NCBI GenBank assembly: GCA_977862235.1
Contig: OZ374562.1
Location: 1,116,001 to 1,180,000 of the forward strand
DNA: 64,000 bases
DNA from: Dudresnaya verticillata
Lineage: Eukaryota
Direction: 5' to 3'
Both the position numbers and the translations under genes were made by a program. Shown here in pieces: positions 12,901-25,555 of this stretch. The notes beneath the pieces are model-generated. The model did no database searches, was not told where the DNA came from, and worked only from the letters and a program-made list of their open reading frames with translations. Position 1 is the stretch's first letter; each line of letters begins with the position of its first letter.

Positions 12901-15900
12901 GTTCAGAATATATAGAGCCCACGTCACTGAGGGGTCTCGTGTCGTCCACGCGGCTTTTCCAATCAGCAGTAATTACTCAGGAAATATCCGCGGTTCTGTC
13001 CCTTTCTTTCTGCGGCAATGAAACCATCAAATCCCTTCCTTGAACGAAGCTGGGCTTTGTAGTAGATTTAACCCTCAGAGAGTTAAACAGCGTCGCGGGA
13101 GCATCCGAACTAGCACCTCAGTACTGGTAGCTTATTTGTACGTGAGCGCCACAAGGGCAAGGTTGAAGAGTTATAACCTCCTGAAAGCTTGATTGACAAG
13201 TTCCCGCCCCTTATATTCATCTGTTGATGGCCAGCCTATCGAACACGTGTCTGTTGAGGACCACAAACCCGTCTATTTAGTTTCGAAGGCCTCCTTATGT
13301 TTGCAACTTGTAATTTGCGCACTGCGCGGTGCAACAAGACTTCACGGTAGAACTTGGACCGTCCTGAGCGTGTACAGTACACTCCAACAAAAACCAGTCC
13401 GGGGAGCATGTTCGTGGCCCTAACTTCGTGTATTGTACTATTGCTGCAATCGAATCCTGTAACCCCAGAAACCTTCGTTGTTGCTTGGAACAGCATGAAT
13501 ACTGTTGACAGTTGCATTGTTTAATAAATCACTGGTAATGAAGGTGGTTTGTTTTGGATATAGCTGATACAAAAACCTTCATCTACTTATCCACAGATGT
13601 TGACTTTATGTAACACATGCGTGACACCAATACTGGACACGTGCCAGGGGAATTGCTTCGGAAACCGAGAAGGCGTAAGACCGAATCGCTCTTGATGGAT
13701 CACACCAGCTGTTGCCTGTTTTCCTCACAGAGCGCAGAGGGGCCAGCCTGAAGATGCACGTTTTGATATGCTACAAATAGCGGAATGCGTTGAATTCTAA
13801 CGCCCTCAAAACCCCATGTCAGCATTCATTCGCGCACATAGTCACATAATCTTCGTGTGATGCATTATCTGTTAACATCTGTCATTGTCGAATCAAATGC
13901 CCCGCGGGAGAAATGCAAAATTATGGGAAATCTGCTTTCACTTCAGCGACCCGTGAGGACGGCACAAAAGGGGGTCAGACTGAATAATGAAACAATGCAA
14001 CAATGCTCTGCTCATTTCATCGCCTTCAATCTCGCCTATAGAGCTTGAGGGATCAACCAAGATTTCAATCCAAACAAAAAATCACATCCTTCTCTATGGT
14101 AATGAGATGCTGAGCACTACATAGGAAGGCAGAACTTGAGTACGACTACAAAACAAGTGACCGAGATTATGCAGAAATGCAAAATCTTCTCTACTCCAGC
14201 ACTGATCTTCTTACTGCGTCTCGAAAGGAAAACCGCTCCAACAAACGGTGCTTTGACATGGACAGCAACTAATCGAAGGAGCAAGTTCCCTCTTTTTGAA
14301 CTGCCCTCGCCATTCTTCTTGGGCGATTCTCGCGTGCTTTTAAAGTTGCAATGGTGAGACAATTACTCGCCCCTTAATTCACAGAGCTGTGTGCTGCAAC
14401 TGCTGACGAGAGAAATGATAAAGATCACGAGAAACGTTTTTTGGTTGTTGTTGTTGTTTTAAGGTTTATCTTTCTGTTGTTCAGCTATGGAGAGAAACTT
14501 ACTTCTGGACGAGTCCTCTTGAAATAGGAGATGGCCTTATGAGCCATGACTATCTGACAAGGTCTGCCGTACTGAATCAAACCCAAACTGTTAGTTGCAA
14601 GGAGAAGCAGTTGTACCTTCTAGTCAATTCATCATTCAATATTGGGAGGCCGTGAAGAATGCCAATGCGACCTCAAAATACTTCAGAAACCAAAATTGGT
14701 ATGAGCGTGGTATGGGCGTCTCAGGATCAAACGAACTCTTGAGGACAGCACCATGACAGGCCTTAAACTTTCTATGCCACGACCTCTCACTGTGGTGATA
14801 TCTATCTGGAGAATTATCACTGGTTTAAAGGCTTCAGGCGGGGAACTCGAGTGAGCAGAAAAACTAAGAGCAACAGCGGCACGCATATGTTGTGCATTGT
14901 TAAGAGTCTGTTGTTCACTTATAAATAGCTTGGCACAGGAAGACGCTGTTGCCAACCTGGGTGTCCCGGTAGAAGTCGCAAAACCAACTATTTCGTGAAC
15001 GGTAGGGATTGTTCTTGGGAAGGCTTTGGACAATAAAGCATAGCTTGTATCTCTGACTTGGCATTGCCATAGTCTTGTGAGCGATTACGAGTCTCCGTAT
15101 GTTTCAGTATATGCAGTTCCTGCATTCTTTGATAGGTAGAAAAGCTCAAAAGCAAAAATACCATTGAACCACTTCCGCTGGCTTCCGTTGACAGTACAGA
15201 GCGATCACACAGGATTAATATCCTGACAGAAAATTCCTGATCCACGTTTGATCAGGTACCGCAGAACACTAAAGACCCAAGTGCATTCTCAGCACACATA
15301 GGGGCTATCTAGGTCGGTCACCGATGCATCGAGTTCGGCGGCGAGGTAGTTTGGCTATTACTGCGGTTTGCAATTCGCAAGTTTCAATGCAGGTGTCTCC
15401 ATACTGGCCACGGCTTTGTTCACAGCATTCCCTTAACGTCATGAAGAAAGTGCGAGCTTCCCGACAAAACGAACCGTTCCACATAGTCGCAGTTAGGAGG
15501 AACAGTTCACAACAGCAATACCTGGACATACGAGATCGTGCGGTATATCGGAAAATCGGGGGAACTGGGCGCCTTCTCCCGGCGAATTATCAATAATTGG
15601 CCGTGTAGAGCGAGGTCTTAATGGGGACAGAAGGGACAGAAACTTCATAATTTGCACACTCCTCGTGACAGTTCTATTTCTGTCTCTCGTCAAATCCCAA
15701 ATATCGCACACGGCACGATGCAGGGTATTTTTGGTTTCGTGTTTGTAAGAGAATATGGAAGCTCCTCAGGTACTGACGTTCCCGCTCACTCCGCAAGGCA
15801 GGAAAAGTCGATTGAGTACTCATTTTGCAGCAATGGAATCCTTTAGGTCAGTCGGTACTCGAAGCCACATTGTAAGTTTTGAAATGAAAGCATGAGCTTT

Positions 15901-16111
15901 GGTTAGCGGAAAATGCTGTAGTACCATCACAGTCCCCAAGCGAGACAAGAGCCGTCAAAAACTCTGCGACACAATTTCCGAAGAATGTATGTGCAGTCAA
16001 ACCAAGAGGAGGCCGGATTCGAAGTACGGACGAATCTTCCATTCTGCGAAACACAGCCCTACGACCGCATGTAGCAGTAACTTTGCAAGTACTTGTCTGC
16101 CATTTCCAGGA

Positions 16112-16118
16112 TATAAAT
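16112..16118 (+). promoter_or_regulatory. Candidate TATA box for the Cys-rich peptide gene
   Basis: TATAAAT about 140 bp upstream of ATG 16255, followed by a C-rich leader like the one before the 8374 gene. Confidence 0.4.
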
Positions 16119-16254
16119 ACAGAGACCCTTCCCGCCTCGAGCCCGAATCCTCTCCTTCACCATCGACCTCGACTGCACTCTCCCAGCCTAGAATATCTGA
16201 CACACATTCGCCGAGCCAATTCCACCCAAACAATACAAGGTTTCTCTGTTTAAG

Positions 16255-16515
16255 ATGTTCAAGCTGTTCATTCTCGCCGTCCTCATCTCCATGTGCCTCG
16301 GTATGGACAAGAATGTTTTCCACGAAGAAGAGACGTTCCGCACATGCATGTCGTCATGTGCTACAGAGGTGAGCCGCAAGGCTGCACCAGCTCCAGCTGT
16401 TCGTGTACCGGCTAAGCCGGAGTTGGAGAAGGCTGTACGGTATTGTTGCTGCATCAAATCTCGGTGTTTCCCGAACCACGGTTGCCATTGTGTTGGATGG
16501 AACTGCAACTGCTAG
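16255..16515 (+). CDS. Small secreted cysteine-rich peptide precursor (86 aa)
   Basis: Signal-peptide-like N-terminus MFKLFILAVLISMCLG, an acidic and Pro/Ala-rich pro region, and C-terminal YCCCIKSRCFPNHGCHCVGWNCNC (8 Cys in 24 aa) after AVR. Upstream TATA-like box. Confidence 0.75.
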   Translation: MFKLFILAVLISMCLGMDKNVFHEEETFRTCMSSCATEVSRKAAPAPAVRVPAKPELEKAVRYCCCIKSRCFPNHGCHCVGWNCNC

Positions 16516-18929
16516 ACGGCATCATTTGCGAAGGGTTAGGATGGATAACGTTGAGCTGTGCTACGACTCTGGGAGATGCAAGAATGGGAAACAATGAGGC
16601 AATGTTTGCTTCACTTCTGCAAGTAGCTGAGCGAGAACAGGGGGTGCGAGTTTGATTCTTTACGGGAAGTGGCTGGTTCACACTGGAAAGGGTTTCCATC
16701 TGATTGCTTTCCGTCGTTTTCAATACCAAATCGTTTAGACGGCTAGCGAGTTGGTGGTAACCAACTTTAGATCTGTACTTTGTTGATTCAGATACCTAGG
16801 GGTAAAAGATACAAGCGCTTGCAAGATAACAGATGTGGACTGTCTTCGATAGCGATACAAACACTTTAGATGTTCAGAATCCATCGGCTTTCGGGAGCCA
16901 AGGGAATCCATCTCCAGAAAGGGCTGGAGGACCCCGAACTTGGAAATGAATGTGTGGCATGGTCTTACACGAGATGCAGGCATTCTCGGAAGAAGCTATC
17001 CTCCGGGTGAGGGGAGCGTCGGAGCGACGGCAGCAACTGCCGTTGCACGAGTGCGAGTGAACGCGCGCTTTCGAAGAGTTGAAAATGAGATGGAGGAGGT
17101 ACTACTGTATATTACTAGGCGTTGGGGCAGTACGGAGCGCACGCAACGCAATGCGGTCACTAAGGAACCGGAAGGTGTGCCTACAGGGTGACACGGACAG
17201 TCAGGCATGTGTGAACGGATGGGAGGGGGGCCCGAGTCCGGCTCTGAGCGTTTTGAGTGAGGGAGAGAGAGTGTGTGTGGGGGGGGGTCTATCTACGTGG
17301 GGGTTGCGCACGGCGCCGACAGCAGCAAATGCCGAGCGCGGCCTTTTCATTGGCTGTATGATCACCTCGCGCGTCTGGCCCGATTTTCGTCCTCTTCCGT
17401 TGGCGTCTGCGCCTGGCGATTGGAGAAGGGAACGCTGCAACAATGCATCGCCGCGCGCCACACGCCCATCTCCCCCAACATCCCACCGAACACACCCCAC
17501 CAAGCCCCACCACCGCCGTCCGAGCCGCGCCCACCGCACGTCAGTCCCGCCCTGGCTGCCCGGCCCCCTCCCCCTCGACCTCGACCCTGTCCCAGCCGTC
17601 ATCCATTGTATCTTGTAGCCCCCTGACGCCCGTCAGTCACAGCCGTCCCGGCCCTCGCTGACGTTGGACTTTTTACTACGTATTCCGTTTTGAACGTGCC
17701 TCTGCACGTGCACAACGCTTTCTTGGGTGGGGAAGCTTGTAACTCCTGGCAACATAGATACGCATGGCACGAGGAGCCGCTTGCTGCATGCACGGTCATG
17801 GTGAGGAAGCGGGCCCGTAATCTACGGGACGGCACGGGCACCCACACTATTCTCGTTGATTGCCTCGACTGTGCTTCATCACCGGCGCAATGCAGGACGG
17901 GGCAACACCTCCGTAAAAGAAGTGACCTAGTCTTGCTTTCATAGACACCACTTTGATTTCCCTCATTCACGGCGTCTGTGGTGCTGAGAATCACACCCAG
18001 CCCCACGACTGGTGGGCAACATTCAGTGCAGAAAACGCTGTATTACTGCTGGAAACTTCGGACACTGGGCCGCGCCGTTGCTACACCTTCCGCGCGTTGA
18101 AGCAAAAGCGTCCGAACAGCCCTTCGTAACGGCACGGTACATTGTGTTGCAGCAACAAGTCTCCCGCGTGCGCATCCCGAGCCCAACTATGCGCGGCGGC
18201 ATATTCTCCAGAAGAGTACCGTACTATCGTACACACTTCCCAACCTATCTATTTGCGTTTGAGGGAGGTGAGGGCAGCGCATGTTGCCTGCCAATTAAAA
18301 CACATTATGCGTTCGAGAGTAGGAAGCCGGGACAGGGCCACCTACTGCACCACCAAGCCACCCGGCTATGCGACAATGACACTCGCTTCGCTAGGCCATG
18401 TCGAACCCTCAACAAGAGAAGATTACAGGCCAAGCGAGGATGTCACTGACACACTTTGGGCCTTGAATCGAGCTTCGCAATTGTTGCTCTTGGCTGCTCA
18501 AACTGAGAAAGTTGCGTGAGCTCTCATCCCCAATAGCTAAATCACCACAAACAATGGAGGGCTGGAACTTTTTCGGATGAAACGGCGTTTCAACAATCCG
18601 CACTTCCCCTTGCGCAGGTCGCAGGAAACTAATTTCTAGAGTCTGCAAAAGTTACATTACTACACTACATACAGTACATATGAACGTTCCAAATGAGGTT
18701 CAAAGGGCGTGGCAGCCTGTTATACGATGTGAGACGCGTGCACGCATCACTCCGCTTCACTTCTGCTTCTGAGACCACTCTGCACTATGAATCCAAATAA
18801 CGGCAATAATCAGAGACCCTTGCGAAGCACCGCCTGGACGCACCGTACCTTATACTGGTCCCACCTATTGTGCGCAGGACGACATTACACAATAAAATCT
18901 CGCCATTAGTTTACGGCTTATCGCAAACT

Positions 18930-19430
18930 CAAGGGTACTTCCATGTCGGATAGAAACTCTGAAACAAAAATCTGCCACTTGTTGTACTGTACAGTACTGT
19001 AGAAACAGACGATAGCCTATTATCGTGAACATCTACTTTCCCGAACTTGACGATCCGAAAACGAGCGCTTTCTGCACTGACAGCAAAGTATTGTGCCAGC
19101 GGATGAGGGCCAGAGCCACATCCCTGCTCATTTCCGTGCGAACTTTCCACGGCTGCACTCCGGTTTTTTCCTCAATGGAAAGACAAGCCCGATGGTCCTT
19201 ACATCTCTGGAATTCGTCTCACCTCACCTTGTGTAATACTGCGTAACAATTTTCGGGAGCACATAAGTGTGCATAAGTGGATGGGAGGTGCCGAAACATA
19301 CAGACCCAATTGATGTACTGTACACGAACGGTGGGCCTTAGAAAGTGTCAGTGATAGTCCACTAGCTTGATGCGATATATACGGCGAAGCTCCTACATAA
19401 GGATTTACTGCGGTTTCATTCTTCATGGAT
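18930..19430 (-). pseudogene. Possible Copia RT/RNase H relic
   Basis: NPYVGASPY...LGLYVSAPPIHLCTLMCSRKLLRSITQG resembles the Copia RT C-terminus; VDVHDNRLSS resembles the RNase H DN motif. Confidence 0.25.
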
Positions 19431-19888
19431 CCTTTTCGTCTGTATCAAAAGGCCGTGAATATTGTACTGCCGGACAAATTCTAGTGTTAATCGGATGAGG
19501 TAAAGACTGCCATTGGATTGCCGTAGCTCATAGCTAGTTACGGAAAACTGTATGCGTAGCCATCACCACTTCTATTGGTGTGGAACATTCGCCTTGCCAT
19601 CAAGACTATGAGATGACGACTTGCCGTACATTATAAGTTGCGCAAATAGCCGACGATACCCCCAAGGCTCTCACGGTGTGGAAAACTTCCCATAACCTAT
19701 GTCCAAGAGAACGTCCTGTCACTAGCCTACGTCTATAAATCATAGGTAGGAAGTTCTCTGTATCTAACTTGTATCCTTGATGAACACTTCTTTTAGAGTT
19801 ATTACATTACATGCATGCAATATCGGATCAATATTGTATTGCTAAAATATCAGACTTCCACCAATACTGTAGAAAAGCCTATGGTCTT

Positions 19889-20012
19889 CTAGACCCTCTG
19901 AATTACTACTTTACTCTCTCAAGCTGACAAGTATCAAGTCTATAAGAACCCTAGACCCTCTGAATTACTACATTACTCTCTCAAGCTGACAAGTATCAAG
20001 TCTATAAGAACC
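19889..20012. repeat. 62-bp tandem duplication (2 copies, 1 mismatch)
   Basis: CTAGACCCTCTGAATTACTAC(T/A)TTACTCTCTCAAGCTGACAAGTATCAAGTCTATAAGAACC at 19889-19950 and 19951-20012. Confidence 0.95.
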
Positions 20013-20215
20013 CTCAATAGTTCATTACCTCTTAGAGCATCTCTATCAGTGATGCTAAAATAAATCACAAAATACCACAATTCCAAATCGGCATTTGTTA
20101 TCATCTTGTGCAGCTCTAGCAGTGGCGGCTAAAAAACGGCCCAAGCCTTCAGTACAAGCTCGTACTCCAGTCCTCGCACTCCGGGCACAGCTTGCACGCC
20201 GTCCGCAAAAGAATC

Positions 20216-22512
20216 ATGGCGACCTCAAGCTCCAGTTCTTCTTCATTCGAAGAAGTCCTCGAAGGACTCTGTAGCGACGAGGAAGAATATGTTGCTGTAC
20301 AAGCCGTCGGCGACACCTCCTGCACTGTGGCCTCAGCCGCTGAAGACCCCCCAGCCTACCGTGGGCGTGTTCCGTGGAGCAAAACCATTCGCCGACGCCC
20401 ATGCTCTTGGTTCACAGACTATCTCCCTGATGACCCGTCTATCCGCCTGAAAAGTTCCCTCAGGTCTTCCGCGTACCGATAAAGCTGTATTGAACGCTTT
20501 ATGAAGAGCTGCTCGAGGCGTAGCCGCGATTGTCACAAAAGAGAAATGCTGCTGGCATCTAAGGACACTCTCCGCACCAGAAGATCCTTGCAGCATTACG
20601 TAGTTTTGGAGGGGGCTACCATACGGGCAAATGAACGATATGGCTCGAATGTCGCCAGAACGTCAACTTCATTACTTTCGCATCGTCTTGGCAAGCATCT
20701 ACCGCCGCTTTGGACCGATATATCTTAACCGAGAGCCTTCAATGGCAGCATTGAGAGATATTGAGACGTCTTACGTGGCTATTGGCTGCCCTGGTTGTAT
20801 CGGATGTGTCAATTGCATGCATCTACACTGGAAGACTTTTCGAAAGCTTTTAAGGGACAGTATCATAATCTGAAAGACGAAAACCTCGCCACACTGAGTT
20901 GCGAAGCGCTTTGTGATCGCAATTTCTACTGCTGGCACTGCGTCCTGTGGTGCAATCGTCTGAGACGATAGACCGCCGAGCCGTTCGGGGCTCGGTGGGT
21001 AGCTGCGCGCTTGGCGGTGAGTAGCCTCACCTTGGGCGACTTGTGGTAGAGCAAAGGACACGCCTTGGGCGGACTGTAAACGCCCGAGGTGGAAAGGAAG
21101 GGAAAAGGAAACAGAAAGGGAACACGTCAAGGACGATGATAGACGTGGAAGCACGGGAGTTGGACGCTTGAGCCGTAGGCAGCGGTAGGATACGCGCGTG
21201 CGGAAAGGGGAAGTCTGGACCAAGGCCGGCTTGCCCGGGCGTTTACTGTTACGTCTGGGACGGCTTACCTAAGTATAGTACGGCGGTGCGGCGGCGGCGG
21301 TGCGTGTGCGTAGCGCGGGAACTCAGGACACGTGTCGCTCCGAGGCGCGTCTGACAGATCACCGATCGCATGCAGCCGCGCGCCTGACAGGTTGCCGTAC
21401 AACCCCCTGTGTGGGTGCTTACATACACACGTGGACGCGTGTGCCTTACAGCCGTGCGCGCGCGCGTACTGTAGAGCGTGCGCCATGGATCTAATCCGAT
21501 GCTTGTCTGATCCCGATCCCATCCGGATCGGGCCAGCAATGCGAACACCCGCAGCCTTACAGGCGCGTATCTTACAGCTCAGGCGATCCAGATAGCCAAT
21601 CTGGATACCGGATCCGGATCCCATCTGGATCCGTATCACAGTGCCCCGGGGCGCCACGTCGGCCCATCACCGTACAGTGCCCGCGTGGCGCGCGGCGCGC
21701 AGTGTGCGCGCGCGCCCCAGTGAGCCGTCGATGACGTGTTCGCGCGCCAACGGCGGTGGTGAGCGCCGGTGACGGCTTCTCCGTCGGTCGACGTATTTGG
21801 TCTGCCCGCTTTCAGCGAAAAAGAGCTCACCTCCCTTTGCACCACAGTTCCCCGGAAGATGCGGCACTAATAACGACATAACTATCGTTGACAACAGTCC
21901 CTTGTTTATTTACATACTGTCGGGAAGACGGATAATGACGCTACCTGAAGAGTTCGAAGTTGATGGAATCCAACGCCATGGCCTTCTCTACTTTCTTGTA
22001 GACGTAGTGCACCCGCGATGGGCAATATTTCTAGGACCAAACCACGCGCCCATCAACGATCGGGGATTGTACATGACCCGGCAATAGGAATCCACACGGA
22101 AGGATATCGAACGCCTTTTTGGCGCACTGCAAGGAAGGTTCAAGATATTAAGACATGAGCAGTTTGAGTGGAGTGATGCAATGATAGTTCTCATTAGTCA
22201 CGTTTGCGTCATATTGCACAATATGATTGCGTCATATTGCACAATATGATCATTGATATGGATAAGCGAGGGGAGTTGCGGGATGAGGTAGCGATAGGCG
22301 GTAGTGCGTTCAATGTAGTGAGCTAGTTTGAGGAGGACGGGGAGCAGAGCGTGGTCGTGGGCGAAAACGTCGCTGTTGTTTCGCAACACGTTGCAGTCGG
22401 TTTAACGTCTCTACTGGACAGACAGGACCTTGTTACTAACGAGCAAGCTCATTTATCGTTGGCTACGGCTGTTTCGCATCATCTTTGGAGTCGGCGGGGT
22501 GAACTACAATAA
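20216..22512 (+). pseudogene. Harbinger DDE transposase, frameshifted and interrupted by a solo LTR
   Basis: Motifs PGCIGCVNCMHLHWK, CEALCDRNFYCWH, then after the insertion FPGRCGTNNDITIVDNSPLF, YFLVDVVHPRW, RKDIERLFGALQGRF and CVILHNMI. Confidence 0.9.
20946..21846. mobile_element. Solo LTR (family 1) inside the Harbinger transposase
   Basis: TGTGGTGCAA...TTGCACCACA termini with a degenerate 5-bp TSD (CGTCC/GTTCC). Removing it rejoins the WHxFPG motif. Homologous to 39210-40030 and 42324-42988. Confidence 0.88.
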
Positions 22513-22697
22513 AACGTTCCAATTCGAGTGGGAAGCATCCTTTTCATTCCGTGACTGACTCGGAACAGCCCTGAATGCCCCCGACAGCACTAAAAACCCT
22601 ACTCCAACCCCGGCGGCTGGGGCTCCGACCCAGACCCCGCTCCTTGGCGGAGGGCACCCGAGATCTCCGCTTAAGCGGAGATATTACTCTAATCACT

Positions 22698-23816
22698 CTA
22701 ATTACTCAATTGAGTGGAACTTGCCGCCGCCGGCGGTAAAAACGCATCTAATGTCATCACCTCGTAACCGCGTTCATCAGTTTCGCAGAGAGATGCGCAG
22801 TCGCTGGGGCCCTCTCCCGAGGTTGTTGGAGCCACTACTGGGTCGTGGTGGTAGGATGAGGTGTTTCCAATCACAGCCATCTGCTCGGAATCAGCAACAC
22901 GAGTAGAAGCATCAATCCCAGTCAAACGTTTCTGGTCACCCAGTTGCGCTGCCTGCTGCATCAAAGACTCGAAGCGGCCATTTAAAACAGAAGTGGGGAG
23001 GTTCATCCTGTTAAGGATCTTAAGTTGAAGAGCAATGGACACAGCCTTTTTCTTAGCAGCTGTTGAGCCTCGCAGGGTCTCTGTCATGGCATCGACGCTA
23101 CGTGCCACTTTGCTCGCTCCACGCTCTCTTAAATCATATGCTTTCCTCTTTCGTACACCAGTCGGCCTGTCGGCAAGCGGGATGTCGATTGAGATATTCC
23201 CAGCAGGTAAGACATTCTGCGAAGCTTCGGCTACTACGCCATCTATCCCTTGTCTTTCTGCTACAGCCGCCGTTGGCCGGAATCCGGACGCAGTGCAGCT
23301 GCTTCCGCCGATGGCTGCGGAGAACGTCGGAGAAGATGATAGCAAGTTCACGGCAGATATAACCTGATAGCACCTGGGAGCTTTTCTTCTCCTTTCACTT
23401 TAACCTTATTCTTGTTACGATACAGGATCATAATATTGTTCAGAGGGTCTTGTTCGGTTTCTCCGGAAGGGATGGCAGAGCGGTAGAGCTTTGCTGCAGA
23501 GAGGTACTGCTTCACTCCTCTCAATGTTCCCCATCGGGCGTGAAGTGCGAGAACGATAGCACTCGGGTTGGGTCTGGTAGAGGTCGCCAACTGTGCTCCA
23601 AAAGGTGTCCGCATTCTGGTCGACGACAGAACTTGAAGCGGCAATCCATGAGCGCGCGAGCGCCAGGTCTTCATCTGGCGTGACGTTTTTGCCCCTGCTC
23701 GCAGGGGTTTCACCCATGACGTCTGGTAGGGGCGAGATGTTGCCTACGGGGGCGTGAACGCGTTTGCCCAAAGAGTCAATGTGATATGGATGGAAAAGGG
23801 AGCGGTTGGTGCTCAT
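22698..23816 (-). pseudogene. Harbinger accessory Myb/SANT-like DNA-binding protein (frameshifted)
   Basis: RGKNVTPDEDLALARSWIAASSSVVDQNADTFWSTV matches the Harbinger ORF1 pattern; later RPTGVRKRKA. Convergent with the transposase and inside the TIRs. Confidence 0.85.
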
Positions 23817-24299
23817 GACAATGAACGCGCGCGTCCAACTTCTGCTCGCTCTGCAGAACGGTTTGGCTTCATCGCCATCGCGCTAAACCCAGAGAGGTGC
23901 CAAGTGTCTTAATTCTGGTCTCGAAGTCGTTTGGCGTCAGTGCCAAACCGACTGCTAAATCGAGAACGGTTTAGCAGGATATTTAGCACGAATGCTATTT
24001 ATTTTAGCTTTGGAATGCTGATAGAGATGCATTCTTGCAGCGCTATTCCAAAAGTATGGAAATGTACCGTTTTGCCCCCGCTGATATAGATGCTCTTAGT
24101 CTAAGACAAGACAACTCGAACGACCAGTCTACTACATTCAACTTATCTTTGTCATTTCATCTACTGTTCAGTCTTTTGTCTTCATATCTTCCTTCTGCTT
24201 GCTTGTTTCCCTCCATTTATCAACTCTCACATTTCATACTCGGCAAGAAATGGTTCCAAAACCAGTAATATGCACAAACACGCTATGTGCCTGCAATAA

Positions 24300-24824
24300 T
24301 TATACCAAGCCAGTAATAAGCTACAAGCTCTGAAGACCCAGGGGCTGATACAGCCAAGCCGAGAGAGAATAGCTCCCATCAAATGCATTAAGGATTGTGA
24401 ATTTCACAATGAGAGTAGTAAAAAAGCATAAATAAATGGATCCCATCAGGTAGATTGGACTTTTGGGAGCCGGAATAACCGTATGATATGATCCTTTCCT
24501 TCAAAGAACAAGAGAATTTTGAAGTCTTTCTTTCGGGTAAGAATTCTCTTAGAAAGTCACACCTAGACGTATCTGAAGGTCTTGTAACAACAACCAGAGA
24601 CTTTCAACTCGTTTTTCAGTCATTCAATGGGAATTACATTCGCCCTAGCTTGCAGTTTTGTTAAACAGGTACTCATTGTCAGACAGAGTCTATCGTACGA
24701 GTTGAAAGTGATTGTGAAAAGTGGGTATTGTTTTCTCGCCCTCAAACAGCTTCGAAAAAGACAATATCGAAGGATAAGAAATATGATAGAAAGCACTGAT
24801 GTATTAAGAAAGCATAATGTATGA
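24300..24824 (+). pseudogene. Possible Copia RNase H relic
   Basis: SFPSKNKRILKSF and LKQLRKRQYRRIRNMIESTDVLRK loosely resemble the Copia RNase H region. Confidence 0.2.
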
Positions 24825-25555
24825 GGGGTTCTTATCCCTGGAACTCTGAAATCTCTGCTAAGGTTTTATTAAGTTCATACGGAGCCCTAGGTCCCCAAGA
24901 ACGACAGGTGCTCTCCTTTATGGGTTGCTATGCCGCATAGACCCGAGGCACGAACCCCAACTACGAAACATCAGCCCTCATTTTACGCTTTATGTCTACC
25001 CCCTTCGTTACAAGCTCTGGCAATTAATCTGCTCCGCATCTATATCCATATAAACCTGCTGCCTCCTGTTGCTTCTTAAAGTTCCCTTTTACCGGCTCAA
25101 TAAGGTTCCCCCTTCTCTCTAGGGTTGAAAATCTCAGTTTGTACGGCAGAACATCTCTGGTGTAATGGCTGGTTGGTCTGGATATCTTTGACTCAGTTGA
25201 AGTGAAGAAGATACTCTTACCAAGCTATGTTTTCTGTAACAATGTGCGGAGAAGGAGAACCACCCGCCTAAACAAGGGAACCGGTAGAAGGTAATGACTA
25301 AAGGGGTATGGCATAAAAACAAGGAGGCTGAGGTGGGGACTAGGTCAGCGCATGCTCGATAGAGGTTCCCCGCTTGAGCTCACGCCCGCAGGCTGCCTTT
25401 TCGTGGTCAAAATCCATCTGTGAGCTGTGACGCTCAGGTCGTACGACCCAAGTCATTTAATGGACTGCTGGGTCCCAGTCTCCGTCCTGGATCAGAAAAC
25501 CCCAGGCTAGGGTAGGTAATCGCACACTGCCGTCGCCACGTCGTCCGGCGGTTAC

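Larger units (their letters stand above)
20035..24095 (+). mobile_element. PIF/Harbinger DNA transposon (decayed, both ends present)
   Basis: TIR GAGCATCTCTATCAG at 20035 and CTGATATAGATGCTC ending at 24095. TTA TSD at 20032-20034 and 24096-24098. Convergent DDE transposase and Myb/SANT-like ORFs inside. Confidence 0.92.

Noticed and set aside
19889..20012. Direct repeats as a possible CRISPR array
   Set aside because: Only two abutting copies with no spacer, no cas genes, and a eukaryotic context.
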